Below, piece after piece: positions 28,411 through 42,161 of a DNA stretch of 64,000 nucleotides. A model generated the notes under the pieces. It was not told the origin of the DNA. It did not search any database and saw only the letters and a program-made list of their open reading frames with translations. Made by a program: the position numbers and the translations under genes. Origin of the DNA: Euprymna scolopes (taxonomy: Eukaryota); the NCBI GenBank assembly GCA_053919585.1, contig CM132786.1. One strand, written 5' to 3'. The stretch's first letter is position 1. Every line of letters starts with the position of its first letter.

Positions 28411-29517
28411 CTAAATATGGGAAGTCCCATTTTTCATCCGGTAAAACTCCGTCTCACGTTAATAATCTTTTTCTAGTATATCGTTATTTGTATCCCCTGC
28501 AAAACTGAAATAGATACCACGCTCTAGCCTAACACACGCTCAATGATATTCACACCTATCTGTCTGCGAATTTATTTAAATATATATTATATGAGATACT
28601 ATTTATTTCTTAAAACTTCTCGCCAGTGAAAAATTATTTTTCTTGACTGGTTTCAAACATACTACAACATGGGCGTTTTAAGTCTAATATTAATCAGTTC
28701 TAGAATAACCGCCCTGATAAATAATTCAAATTTCCTGAATCTCGACCATGCCTATTAACAAGAGAGCTGTCTTACCGTCCATTTTATAATAATTTACGCT
28801 GATTCTTGACGAAACGAAAGTACACTTATTCCCGTTTTAAATTCACTGCCGATTCTGGAGTTTGAAAGAATTATTTCTCGTGTTCGACCAAAAGATGTCT
28901 GAAGTTAAAAATATCCAACTGAAAAAGGCCACATATATGGGCTAAAAAACTTTCGATAATAGCTGTACTACTAGAACTGTAGTACGTATGGATAAAAAAA
29001 TACAATATACAAAGAAAAAGCCTTAGACGTTAAGAGATGACATCATAATAAACACATACAATATATCTGAACATTCATTGAAACATTTAAACGATCTTTC
29101 CGTGTGTGTTCCTGTAACTGGTTACTATGCGTATGAAACGTCAAGCATTGGGGCATTAAACTGTTGCTGTTTCGACTGAGATATGCTCGAAAATGAAATA
29201 ATCATCTAATTATTATTACGTGCAATAGCATACTCCTTAAACTCTTATAAACTCATGTAGACGTAGATTAAAAATATTTTTACATAAAACAGGTTAGCTG
29301 GTTTGTGATCTTATTTTGTGATCAACATTTTCTTCTTTTCCTTGTGCCAAAGACAGTACTTAATAAAATTTATAGATAAAGAAAATACTACAGACAAATT
29401 TATACGTAAGAATATGTTTTTCTATTGTAGAAAAGGAAAAGAGAACATATATAAATATATATTTATATAAATGTATATATATGTATATATATACATTTAT
29501 ATATATATATATATATA

Positions 29518-29860
29518 TTAATTTTATTTATACAAACATTAATGGCTACATATGTGCATACATGTTTCTGTAATCACCCCCGTTGGGGGATTACGTCTTC
29601 AGGCCAAGAATTACCGTCGAAAGTGATATTTCCACCAAATACATTTTCCTATTTCGTTTATCAAGTTAGAATGCAACCTGGGTGGGAGTCATAAAAACGG
29701 TAAGAGGATGAGTGAGGTCTTTGAAGATAATAAACATCTTTTTCATATCCCTCCCCCCCATCCAACCTAACTTTTGGTTTTTATGGCATAAGGTACTTGA
29801 GAATGTAGTTTTTTTTGTCTTGGAGTCTGTAAGTTAAGAACCTTAGCTATGGTCAACTAA
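29518..29860 (-). repeat. Left inverted pLTR segment
   Basis: Reverse complement of 32887-33229, highly similar. Example: AAGAATTACCGTCGAAAGTGATATTTCCACCAAATAC versus GTATTTGGTGGAAATATCACTTTCGACGGTAATTCTT. Confidence 0.95.
29543..29606 (-). ncRNA. Type I hammerhead ribozyme, core motifs intact
   Basis: Minus strand: UGGC CUGAAGA C-GUAAUCCCCC-AACG-GGGGUGAUUAC-A GAAA CAUGU-AUGCAC-AUAUG UA GCCA. Stem I UGGC/GCCA, core CUGANGA plus GAAA, cleavage triplet GUA. Confidence 0.8.
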
Positions 29861-31130
29861 TAACAGAGAACAATGAGCAAAAAATGGGCAAAACGACTTT
29901 TTCGGGGTATCAATTTAATCGCTGGACTATGCAGAGGCAACATAATTCTTTGGACTTTATATCATTTATAATTTAACAAAAGATAATATCATTGATGGAA
30001 GGGACATGGTCTTATATCGTGATGATGGGCTGATAATAGTGAAGAATGCTACAAGTGTTAAATGTGATCAGATTAGGAGAGCAATCCATAGGGACATGAA
30101 AGATTTTGGGCTAAAAGTAGAAGTTAATGCTAACTTAAAACAGGTTAATTTCCTTGACATTACTTTAGATCTGGATTCAAATACTTATAAACCATATATT
30201 AAGGATAATGCTAATCCTATTTATATACACCCGCAGTCTAACCATCCACCATCCATTATTAAACATATACCGTTATCTATTGAAAGTAGAATAAGTAACA
30301 ATTAATCTAATGAAGTAATTTTCAATGATTGCAAAGCTATTTATAATACAGCACTTAAAAATAGTGGGTATAAGGACGTAGAGATAAAATATAAAGAAAC
30401 TAACGCTAGCATAAATGGATCTAGAAATCGTGGTAGGAAAATTATGTGGTTCACACCCCCCTTTAATATTATGTTGAAAACAAAACTTGGTACACAATTC
30501 TTACAAATTATTAACAACTATTTCCCACCAAATAATATATTACATAAAATATTTAATAAAAATACATTAAAATTAAGTTATAGCTGTAGTGATAACTTAG
30601 AAAGGATTATAAAAAAGCATAATGGAAGAAGTTTAAAGACGACTTATAGAGAAGGTGAAAATACTAGTGCAAACACTGCGGTGAATAAATGTAACTGTAA
30701 AAAGCCTGAGGAATGCCCGATAAAAAATGAATGTCAGACCTCATAAGTGGTATACCAAGCTAGGATATTCCCGCTCGAACACCCAAGGGACGAAAGATTC
30801 TACATAGGGAGTAGCCAAATGACTTTCAAAAATAGATTCTATGGGCATACACGCTCGATGAGCAATCAAACATATGAAAAGGACACTTCCTTATCGTTAT
30901 ATTACTGGAAATTAGTTAGAGAAAATAAAACACCTAGAATAGAATGGAAGATTATTAGGAGGGCCAATACTTGCCACTCATTGATCTCACCATGTCCATT
31001 ATGCTTATCAGAAAAAACTTGAGATAACTAGGTTTAAAGACAGGGAAAAATATTAAATATTAAACAAGAAACTGCTATATTCTGCAAGCATTTCAGAATA
31101 CAATTACTTAAAGAACTCAAAATTAGTAGA
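29860..31130 (+). pseudogene. Penelope-like (Naiad) RT plus zinc finger plus GIY-YIG endonuclease, inactivated
   Basis: Collinear same-frame ORFs 30006-30305, 30444-30746 and 30747-31022 are separated by single TAA stops. Motifs: DYAE..FFGLYII, LYRDDGL, VNFLDITLDL, YIHPQSNHPPSI, ALKNSGY, WFTPPFN, KLSYSC, CNCKKPEECPIKNEC, VVYQA...FYIGSS..FKNRFYGH, CPLCLSEK. A frameshifted LEIT..ILNIKQE..FCKH tail follows. Confidence 0.93.
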
Positions 31131-32469
31131 CAATAACAAATATAAGTACAACTAACCCCCATTAAATAACCCCCACAAAGAGGATAAGTGAGGTCGCAAC
31201 TATGATCATACCCGTATGGGTTACGTAAGACGCTTAATATTCTACTTCATCGAGCAGTTATAATATTACTAACCGAAATAAGTACCTGTATGAAGGTATA
31301 TTTGAACCAAACGAGTAATAGATTGTTTTGAGTGAACCTCGTAATAATGTATGCATATGGATATTTTTGGGTGTGTGCATGTATGGATATAAGATCTTTA
31401 TATACCCGGGTAGGAAAAATAATAAAAAAAGAATGAAGAAATAAAAAGATGAAAGAAAATAAGGAATGAAGGGCGAATAAAAGAAAAGGGGATAAGGAAA
31501 TTAAGGTGAATAAACAAAGATGAAGAGAAGTACTACAATATATAAGCTTGTATACTCGGATTGTATAACCTAAATACTCTGATTTCTGTCATGTGTTATT
31601 ATATATTATTATTGTATCGTTATACATCTTATATATATCTGCCTAACCATCGAAAGAGTGTTTGCTTAATATCAAGATAGGCTATGAACTTCATGCTGAA
31701 TTCAATATAAATTTTTACGTAGTATATATTTTTACGGAAAAAACCTACAACTTAGGAAAATGTAACAAGCGGGTGGGGCCATGAAATATAACTATGCCTG
31801 TGGAGTTTGATAGAAAAAGGGAATTAATATAGTAAATGTATTCATGTCTGTTTGTAATTTAGAGGTCTCATTTGGTGGCAGGGGACATGTATATGCATAT
31901 ATATATATATATATATGTCTATATTTGTGTGAGTATGTATGTATAAGTGTATTTTATATCATGCATGTAGGTTTGTTTAGTTATATATATGTGTATCTAT
32001 ATATCTGTTTGTACGGTTGTATATGGATGTATTTGTATGTGTGCATGTATGTATATGTATGTATATGCATATATATTTCTGAAATATTAGAATAAACTGT
32101 CTCGTATATGATTGTTGTACCAGTATAGATTACAAGAATGTATGGATGCCCGAATGCTNNNNNNNNNNNNNNNNNNNNNNNNNNNNNNNNNNNNNNNNNN
32201 NNNNNNNNNNNNNNNNNNNNNNNNNNNNNNNNNNNNNNNNNNNNNNNNNNNNNNNNNNNNNNNNNNNNNNNNNNNNNNNNNNNNNNNNNNNNNNNNNNNN
32301 NNNNNNNNNNNNNNNNNNNNNNNNNNNNNNNAGCATACTATTGCATATATGAAGGGGTTACCACGCAACAGAAGTAAAGAAAATGCCATTATTTGTATCT
32401 GTATGTATGTATGTGTGTATACATGCGCGTTTGTAGCAAAGTGTAGGCATTTATAAGTATATTGATATA

Positions 32470-32539
<70 letters not shown>

Positions 32540-32886
32540 TGTGGGGTTTAGATAACTTTCGTGTTTTATGTTTATTCATATTTGGTTTGTTTATTTGTTT
32601 TTATTTTATTTTATTTTTTATTTTTTTTATTTATTTTTATTTATTTTTTGTTTTGTTTTATTTACCTTAATGTAATTTTAACTCAATTCCTGCGTAGTTT
32701 TAGAGTTATAGCCTAGCTTCAGTACGTGTGTTGTGAGTAAAATAAAAGCGTACAGCATGGATTCGCTTTTGAATATATGTATTAACGTGAGTGTGTGTGT
32801 GTGTGGCGGTGTCTGTGTATGTGTCTGTTGTGTGTGTGTAGCAGGTATGTGTGGGTGGATGTAGATTAAAACGCACCGGCCAGTAC

Positions 32887-33229
32887 TTAATTGACCATAG
32901 CTAAGGTTCTTAACTTACAAACTCCAAGACAAACAAAGTAAATTCTCAAATACCTTATGCCATAAAAAACAAAAGTTAGGTTGGATGGGGGAAAGGGAAA
33001 CGAAAAAGATGTTTATTATCTTCAAAGACCTCACTCATCCTCTTACCGTTTTTATGACTCCCACCCAGGTTGCATTCTAACTTGATAAACGAAATAGGAA
33101 AATGTATTTGGTGGAAATATCACTTTCGACGGTAATTCTTGGCCTGAAGGCGTAATCCCCAACGTGGGTGATTACAGAAACATGTATGCACATATGTAGC
33201 CGTTAATGTTTGTATAAATAAAATAATTA
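32887..33229 (+). repeat. Right (sense) pLTR segment
   Basis: Inverted partner of 29518-29860; ends in AATAAAATAATTA. Confidence 0.95.
33140..33202 (+). ncRNA. Type I hammerhead ribozyme, core mutated (CUGAAGG)
   Basis: TGGC CTGAAGG CGTAATCCCC-AACG-TGGGTGATTACA GAAA CATGTATGCACATATG TA GCCG. Same fold as 29543-29606, with A9->G. Confidence 0.72.
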
Positions 33230-33316
33230 TACCTGCTCTGTTCACTCATTGAGCACTATTTTTGTAGACACATGTTGTTTCATTGGATGTACTTCTAGGA
33301 AACTAAACTCTACTGG

Positions 33317-33378
<62 letters not shown>

Positions 33379-34021
33379 ATGTGGTTGTGTATGTGTGCGT
33401 GTTTTATTTTTCATTACCGTTTTATCTGTTTGGCTACATATGTTTCAGATGTTCGATTATGTATTCGGTCTAACAGCCTCGTCAGGGCTTACAGAAGTGG
33501 CTGTTAGTATTAGGAAGGAGAGTTTTAGAACAAATATGAACGAGAAAAAAGATAGAGAAAGAGGGGGTCGAGGTAGGAGATAATAAGGGGGCGGGAGACA
33601 GGTATTGACAATATTTCAGTTCTGAGGTTTAAGATACATTAGATTGTATTGTGTGTAGGGGTAGCAGATTAAGGTAGGCGTGGACGTGGGTTGAAATATA
33701 TAAATATAGTGAGAGGGAGGTAGAGAGATGATGGTATATAAAGAAGATAAAGGGGAGTAAGGAGGTGAGAGGGGAAGCTGCAACTTTAAATTTTAACTGC
33801 CTTTTCCTTGTTCGGTGAGGTATATCAAATAGGTGAGAGAAAGATAGAGGGAGAGCGAGAAGGAAAGAGAGGGAGAGAGAAAAAGAGGGAAAGGGTTAGT
33901 GTAGATGTCATATTTTGACAGGTACAGTGCTCATTTAAAGCTTTTCTAGTTGCTATATGTCGACTTGTCCATATCAGTTTACAATTGGTTGTTTTTTATA
34001 ACGTTGCATGCGAAAACACGC

Positions 34022-34055
<34 letters not shown>

Positions 34056-36289
34056 CAATATTTGCGCACCTCTACACATCGATATACAAACACGTACGCA
34101 CACACATACATATAAACAATGTATATGCAGACATGCCTTGATCCATATGCAGATATACACCCACATACACACGACTCTTATACACATATATACACTCACA
34201 AACTGTCAATTGTATTTGACAATCATAAACAGCAAAAACATTAGTTCATAGCAGAATAGAAATTTTCAAACATATTTTTCCGGCCGTTAAAAGAAACATA
34301 TTCATCACTACCAGACTAATCACTAGCGGTTACTTTTGCCTTTCTCTTATAAATATTTTGAGACTTCCTTCCCGTCCTGTAACCTCTCTTTCGAGAGTCT
34401 GTGCTGCTTTATTTTTTTCTTATTCCTCTTACCCGTCTTTTTGCAATCTCTGCAGACATTTACCTGAGGTCAGAATCTCTGCATACAGCTGGTCATTTGT
34501 CTGCCTGCATTAGTTTTTCTTTCAGGCCTTGCCTGCACTTTTTCCGCTTCCTCATGCAGAAACACTGTATATCGTTCTTTATTAGACGTGGAGTCAATGG
34601 AGAACATTGCAGACTGATGGATCATCTATTAATAAGGGGAAAAACAACAATAGAAAAGCACATATGCACATTGTGTTGATTATAAAGGACAACACATCTG
34701 CGCTTATTGTCCGGATGGATGTGAGTAGTCTGATGCTAGTGCGGGTGAAAGCCGATCTATCAGTTCTGCAGAGTCATACACAGAAGGTATTATCTCAAAA
34801 GGGTCCCATTTAATTGCCCCACAACTATTAAATCGTGGCTTGATGTTGTCTCCTGAGAAGCAATTTGATTTTCATAAGGAATGGTTGGGTAAAAAGTCTT
34901 TATTTATAGATATGGCATGTGTCTGCTGGGAAACCCAAACATTAACAAAATATAAAATAATTAAGAATTCATTTGTAGAAAATACCAGAAGAAGCCAATA
35001 TATGTAGAAGGGAAACCGTGTTTCATGATAAATACTAAATAGTTTTTTTTTGTGCTGGAATGGAATTTCCCCATACACTTCTTAATCTGGCAAAAGATAA
35101 TTACAATATCACCACACTTCAAAACTTTTTCATCTCTCTATGTTGGTGTTATACATAATTCACAGTAAATAGCCTACTTATAACAATAGCAAAGACAACA
35201 ATACAAGAATATAGAAACCTCAAATGTTCCATTACATAATCATGGAACTGGATTGTGTCGCGGGATGAATTGATCTTCCCTGTAAATAGCAGTCCGTTCT
35301 AGTACTTTGAATAAAATCAACAAATACACCAATAACCTGCTTGTTTATGAAGTACGGACTTATATTCTTTTAACTGAAAACATTACATAAAGACTATGAA
35401 ATTGCCCTAGGTAATCCTACTCACAAGTTGATATAATTGAAACAGAATAAATAAGAAAGCTTATTGAAATAGTTTTCAGTTTTACACAATGAGTAAGATA
35501 TTTCATCTTTATTCTGTACCGACAAATGCAGGAGTGGCTAATCGATAAACAATTGCTCGAATTATATTTATGCTTAAAATGCACATTAAAAGTCTAATAT
35601 AATATATTATTTTATTGTGCATATAAAACAGCTATTTATATTTATAGTCTTAGACACAAGAATAATGCAAATTTAATTTTTTATTCACTATAAGAGTGTT
35701 GGGGGATATTTTTGTCTATTTCCTGAAAGATGAAAGTAATTATTAATTGAAGTCGACATTTATTTATTTTCGCATGATGGCTTATAATATTTAAGCTTGG
35801 GAAATATTTTTTTTCTAACTGACCAATTTTTATGGGGCGAAAAATAAGTTAAAATAAAAACACGGAGTAAGTGTGTAGTCTCTATTCAATAGAGCGTATA
35901 CTAATATTTTGTTTACCACATAATTTACTCATATAATATAACATCTTTCATTTTATTAATCACTTTTTTCTGTTTTAAGCATAATACTTTTATTAAATGT
36001 ACGTATTTACTCAGTGGTGATTGTTGCCAAAAACTTTATCGGCGTAAATATTCGCACACACAATTTAAACGGGATTTTGTTTAATATATAAAATAGTACT
36101 TTCCTTCCACTGTTTTTTATAAGCATTATTACTTAAAATCTCATCCTATTTCATTTTTTATGTTCGCAATATTATATAACAATTTCGTCAGTATTAAATG
36201 ATACTAGCGTCTGTTTATAATCATTTATGAGTGTACTATTATCAGAAACTATCATTAATATGTATATTTACCCAAAATGTAAATATAAG

Positions 36290-36290
<1 letters not shown>

Positions 36291-36356
<66 letters not shown>
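36291..36356. repeat. (AAT)n microsatellite
   Basis: Directly visible. Confidence 0.95.
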
Positions 36357-36357
<1 letters not shown>

Positions 36358-37125
36358 TTAAGAGTTTAGATATATGAGAATAAGTTAAGTAGGTTTATTA
36401 ATTAAATTAAACAACAGTCAAGGGATGATCCCTGCAAGATTGGAAATTAATAGGGCATCCAATACTGTTATAAATAGTTTATAATATGCTTCAAAATTAT
36501 TTTGCTCTTTATTAGTTGTCTATGTTAATTCTGAAATATTGTTTAACTTAGTAATGGAATTGACTCTCCTTAAATGTGTTCGACTTATTGTTTGGTATCG
36601 AAATAAACTAAGGGGATTAATGCACTTACTGACAATATCACAATAACATTTTTACTAAACTTTCATAATTATTCTTAACGAACAGTGTTAACGCTAAAGT
36701 TTTTAAATGACGACAAGTCATCGATGTTGTCATCATAAACAATTCCCTATTCAATGATTTTGCTTTCAATAAAAAAAGTCTAAATCATTTTTCTACATGC
36801 GTAAATCTATTTTATATTAGAATAAATATTTTCATAATCTTGATTTGTTTGAATTTGTTTTAACGTTTTTTTTTACATATTATTCAATACTAAAAAACGA
36901 TTAAAAAACAACCAAGTCTTGCTAGGATTGCTAAACCCGAATCCATACGGACTTTTCCGTTTTCATTATCCTTTTCACTGAATTTATTTATTTATTTATT
37001 TATACTCTATACGTTCTACCGGCGAATGCATGTTATTTCTGCATAAAAACACTTAGATTTGAAAACAGTTACTCAATAAAAAACACAAATAATAAGTGCA
37101 TTATTCACTTAATCCCCATATAAAG

Positions 37126-37172
<47 letters not shown>

Positions 37173-37649
37173 TTGTTCTATTTGTATCTGCCTCAATTGC
37201 CATTTAGCTGAAAATAGTCAAGTGTATTTTACGAAAAAATATGAGCGTGTTTCTTTCCCTTACAATAATCTGTACATTGTATCCCACTTTACAGCTTCTA
37301 TTTTTTTACTTATAAGTCACCGCTTACCAAGACCAAAGAGCAACTAAACTATAAACTTTAATGAGTGTAAGATTATTTGTAAGACAGCCTAATCATGATC
37401 AGTAATGGTGAAACCTGGGTGTATTTTAGTTATTAAAGAGGAACGTCCAATAAAACTCCAGAATTAGAATTTGTAAATTATTAAGTTATAATGAGCCGGA
37501 AAAAAGCTCCACAATACCTTGTTACGCAGGCTGACAGTTCTACTGGAAAATAAACGTTTTTCATGAGATTCGCATTAGTTGATTACGGGGTAGTGTATGG
37601 ATGAAAGTTATTGACAGTTGCTGGTGCAAAACAAGTATTTGTTAGCAAC

Positions 37650-38330
37650 ATTTTACAGGAGGATCCATAGACTAGAGCCCAGCCCCGCAGTGTCCAGGAT
37701 AGTAAAATAGAGAAGTAAGAAGACGAAAAGACGGTTTTGTACGTTGTCAATCCAAGTAAGAGTACACATAGAAAATCATTGAATCATGTAACAGCAGTAG
37801 TCAATTCTAAGTAATATTCGGACGTTTTACAGGCAGAGCATAGAGTAGAAACTGAAATAGTTTCTAGTGCATAATCTCTGCAATATTTTGGTGATTATAG
37901 ATTAAAACGCTTCTAATCTATAGCATTCATTTAATGTTAGGAGAAGAAATCAATCGTAAACGTCCATCAGATAAAGTTGCTTCTTCCAAACGAGAGTCAT
38001 TCCTTGTAAATAGGGCCAACTAAGAATTTGGGATAACTGGTGAAAATGAAGAAAACACATAATTTTGGATGTACTCCCCTCTGCATAGATATCGATTAAA
38101 GAACACAAAATAGTATTTGAGAGGCCGTTGATAAAGATCAGGAATATACTAGGTCCGGAATGCATATTTAAGGTAATCTACGGTTAAGACCATGGGAATT
38201 GAATAACTGCTGACCACCGACTACTTTAATACAATTTTGAAGAGAAATGATTTGATGTTTGAAAGGGCATTTATTGCAATTTTGTAGGTGGTAATCTTGT
38301 GAAATAGACATTCATTTCCTACAATATCTG
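37650..38330 (-). mobile_element. Decayed CR1/L2-group LINE fragment
   Basis: ORF 37950-38165 SGPSIFLIFINGLSNTILCSLIDIYAEG corresponds to degenerate GP.LFLIFINDL...YADD. Confidence 0.65.
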
Positions 38331-38909
38331 ATGATTTATATATGTGAAAAAATATTTTTTCTCGAATCGAAAGCGCCACTAGATCGACTCTATCATGTTA
38401 TTGTCATCCGAAGAATAGAAAGTATACTTCATATGGTTAAAATGTTATTCATTATTTTGATGATGTTTAAATAAGTATTTCTTTATCTATGTTTGACTGT
38501 CAATTTTCTCATTGCAACCAGATCTTTGGAACTCCATTATTATTTCATTTTTCTATAATATCATTTTCTGATGGTTAAACTCTATAACTAATCAAATATA
38601 CATCACATATATCATTCTAAATGTTTGGTGTTGGTTTCATCAGCTCTTACAATGCCTCTGTTTAGAATTTCATTACAAGTTATATTATTCTCTAAATTAA
38701 AAAAAAAGTTTTACTTGAAAAAAAAAAATTGAAGATCAGAATTATTTTTTTAACGATGAAATAACGGGTTGTCCAACTGAATAACGCCATGTTGCAATTA
38801 TATGTATCGTCACACGTATCATAGTGCATTTTAAATATGAACGTTTTTCTTAAAAAATCGTTAAACTTTGTGACTGAATTGATAATGTTGTTTTGATTAA
38901 AGAAAGATG

Positions 38910-38983
<74 letters not shown>

Positions 38984-39964
38984 GTATGGATAATGAAGGA
39001 ATCTGCTTTAATACCTACATCGTCGGAAGATACACCGGACACAGCTATATATATTTGAATGCAAGTTACTTAAACGTATTTTATCGCTACTAGTGTACGT
39101 AAAAAACATTCTGTACACATTAACATATCGAGAACGTGGATGATGCAAGTGTTTATATACCTTATGTTTTCAATGTAAAATATTAACTGTTCCGAATATA
39201 ATTCATATCATTCTGTCTAGGTAAGCTGTACAAGTTGATCCAAAGTCATTTACCAAAAAAACCCGTTCGTTTCGTAGATTACAAGATTGGATTTGTTCAT
39301 AAAAGAAACTGTTGACTCATCAATACAGAAATAATTAAATGATGCGGCAATTCATTTTGCTTATTCAGTTCCTTTTTTATTTAGTGATGGTAATGCATCC
39401 TTATTTATTTAGTGATAAAGTTATCGTTTCTTGATATTATTTAGACTCATACTGACATTTTTTCAGCAGTATTATCATACATTCAATATTTCTAACGCGT
39501 GTCATCATTAGAGATTAACTACTGGAAACAACTTGTGAGTTTTTCTCCGATTCAAAGTAACAGTAATTTTTTCTAAAATTAAGAGGGTTATACGTATTTC
39601 TTACATAAGAAACGGTATACGTTCATTTTAGCAAAACGTATATTTATTTTTAGTCTTTAACTGCGGAAGAGCATTTGTATTCATTAGAGGTAGGGTTGCA
39701 GTAAACATAATCAATTCTTAAATGCACTTTTCCAGTGAGGGTTTAGGACTATTTTGGTGCGGTGCTGTTTTTTGTAGACGACACTATTTGTTAAAAGAAG
39801 AACTTAGTTAGATTAGCATTTTGCAATTTCGATTTTCTGGGGCACAGCTGTTTGTATGATGTTTATTGTTTAAATGTTATTGCAGTATTTATGATGCTAG
39901 GTATTATTTGCGGATTTGTTTGTTGGTTCCTGCAATCTATTATGTTCATTAACATAGCAAACAT

Positions 39965-41840
39965 TTTTATTATTAATATTGTTATTGAGCTCACAAGGTG
40001 CTTTCATACAGATCATCAAGGATCCTTCCTTGAAACCGGCCTGTGGTGTTCCCTGAGAGCTGAGTGATAACAAGTCTCCCAAGATTTTCCAGTATTCTTC
40101 GTTTCTTTCGTTAATATTTGCAGTTTAATTTGCATTATCGCAACAGATGCTTGCCATTAATTTATCGTTAACAATATTTATCGGTCTTCATAGGAATTTG
40201 AATGGCAATAGACCTCACCATTATCCCAGTTCTCTGTACTTATCCAGCGTTGATCTGGTCAGTTCTTTCTCCTCGGTATTTGCTTCGTCTTGACTACTTG
40301 GCGATTTGGTCTTTTTAAGGGAACAGGCAGTGATGTGGTAATAGGGTGGGGTTCGGTGTGAGGGTTGAGAACTTATAGATATGCGACTTCAATTGTCTTA
40401 GTTCTATGTGGCCTTTCATGCTTTGCATCTGCAGCAGTTTTTTTGGGGGGGCCGCGCGTTTTGCTAATATGTGTTAGTCTCCACATTCAATAGTTTACCT
40501 TAATATTTCAGCTGTGTTTATTATTGTTGTTCGCTGTCATTTCCCAGTCATTCCTTTGATTCCAATTTCTCCTATTCTTTTTTCAAAGTTTTTCTGGATA
40601 GTTTCTACATCCCCTACTAGTATAGGTAATATTTTGATTTTATTCGTCTACCATATCCCTTTCAACTCTCTGGCTATCTCTGTGTATTTGCTTCGTTTCC
40701 CTTTTTCTTTGATATTCACCCTATCTTCAGCTGGAACAGCAAAGTGTGTGATTTGAAAGCATTTTTCTTTCTTGTTAATTATTACGACATCCAGTCTTCT
40801 GGCTTTGGTGAATTTATCATTGTGTATGTTCATGCCTCGTAAGATTTTGTGATTCTCCTTTTCAGGTACTGTTGCCGGCTTATGTTTGTCGAACTTGTCT
40901 GTGCGTTTGAGATGAAATTGTTTGCATAATTCCAAGTGTACTGCTCTTCCCACTTGGTCGTGCCTGGTTTTGTATCCCTTTTTTGCCAGTTATATGCTAC
41001 ATTTACTATATGGCTTATCGTTTTTTCTCTTTGTCCACGGAATCTGCATTTGAAATTTTCTTGTATTCTGTCGACCTTTGCTTTGATGTAGTTGATTCAT
41101 TATCGAATTATCTTGTGATGTAGTTATTAGGGATTTAGTTTTTCAGTTTATGTGTCTTTTTCGCATCCATGTCCAAGTATTTTCGTGACTTTCACTTTTT
41201 GTCATCCTACTGAATCTTCTTGCTTGTTTTCTTCCTATAGTTTTCCTCTTATCCTTTATCTCTCTCTTTTCTGTTTTGTCGAGTTTTTCAGTGTTATTCG
41301 ATGCTATCATTATCCTTTTCTGTATTTTGCGTTATGTGTTTTCTAAGTTTCTTGTGTCATGCGCACAATCGTTTATATAAATTAGTCCTAGTCTGCCTTC
41401 TTTCCTTTTCACGTAGAGGCGGTCAACATAATCCTTGGAGTTCAGTGCAGTGTGCATGGTAATGCGTTTGCTGGTCTTCTGATCGAGCTGCCTCAGTTCT
41501 TTTTAGGCCCACCCTATGAACGGCCATTAGGGTCTTACTGTCTTACTAGTGGTACTGCCGATGTGTTTATATCTTTTATTATGTTTCTGCTATACGATTT
41601 TGTTTCTAGAATTTTCTTGTTCTCCTGAGGTATTCCTTTCCAATTGTCTCTTTTATTTCTGTGGCTTAGACGGTGCTTCTAGAACTCGCAGGTATTTATG
41701 GGTGTATTTTTCCCTTAAGGCCATAATCTCAGCTTGATTCCATGCTTTCTGTTTTCTCCACTTCTTTCAGTTTCTTACAATTAGTAATGCACACTTTTCG
41801 ACACCTAACTCCATTTGGATATCCTAGCTGATAATATTGG
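39965..41840 (-). mobile_element. Decayed non-LTR retrotransposon with restriction-like endonuclease (R4/NeSL-like)
   Basis: DIQMELGVEKCA, KYLRVLE, ELRQLDQKTSKRITMHTALNSKDYVDRLYVKRKEG, and ORF 40648-40953 (VHLELCK...ARRLDVVIINKKEKC.QITHFAVP...KE..K.SKY.EIARELKGIW; RPD...D..KY REL pattern). (TAA)-like tail at ~39965-39990. An apparent ~400-bp insertion lies at ~40105-40500. Confidence 0.88.
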
Positions 41841-42104
41841 TAGTGGTTATTATTATTATTATTATTAGTAGTAGTAGTAGCATTAGTAGTAGTATTAATA
41901 GTAGTATTAGCATTATTATATGCAATTGATTATATGTAATTAAATAGATAACGCAAGCACATTTACACATTTTAACTTTAATAAATCTGTCGAATACAAT
42001 ATTGTTAGCGAACGATTTTATATCATTATTTTTTTATATCCACTTGTTGTCAACTATAATGTGCGAATATATCAAACGATAGGTTTGCGTTTATGTCATA
42101 ATCA

Positions 42105-42161
<57 letters not shown>

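Larger units (their letters stand above)
29518..33229 (+). mobile_element. 5'-truncated Penelope-like retroelement (Naiad-type) with inverted terminal pLTR segments
   Basis: RT/GIY-YIG reading frame at 29860-31130, a long 3' non-coding region, and ~340-bp inverted repeats 29518-29860 and 32887-33229. An inverted pLTR piece at the truncation point is a known PLE insertion structure. The left end abuts a (TA)n tract. Confidence 0.92.

Noticed and set aside
30006-31130. Selenoprotein recoding or stop-codon readthrough in the Naiad ORF (some Naiads are reported to encode selenocysteine)
   Set aside because: The interrupting stops are TAA at non-Cys positions, and all Zn-finger cysteines are TGT/TGC. 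The only TGA (31020-31022) arises from a frameshift in an A-run. Simple decay explains it.
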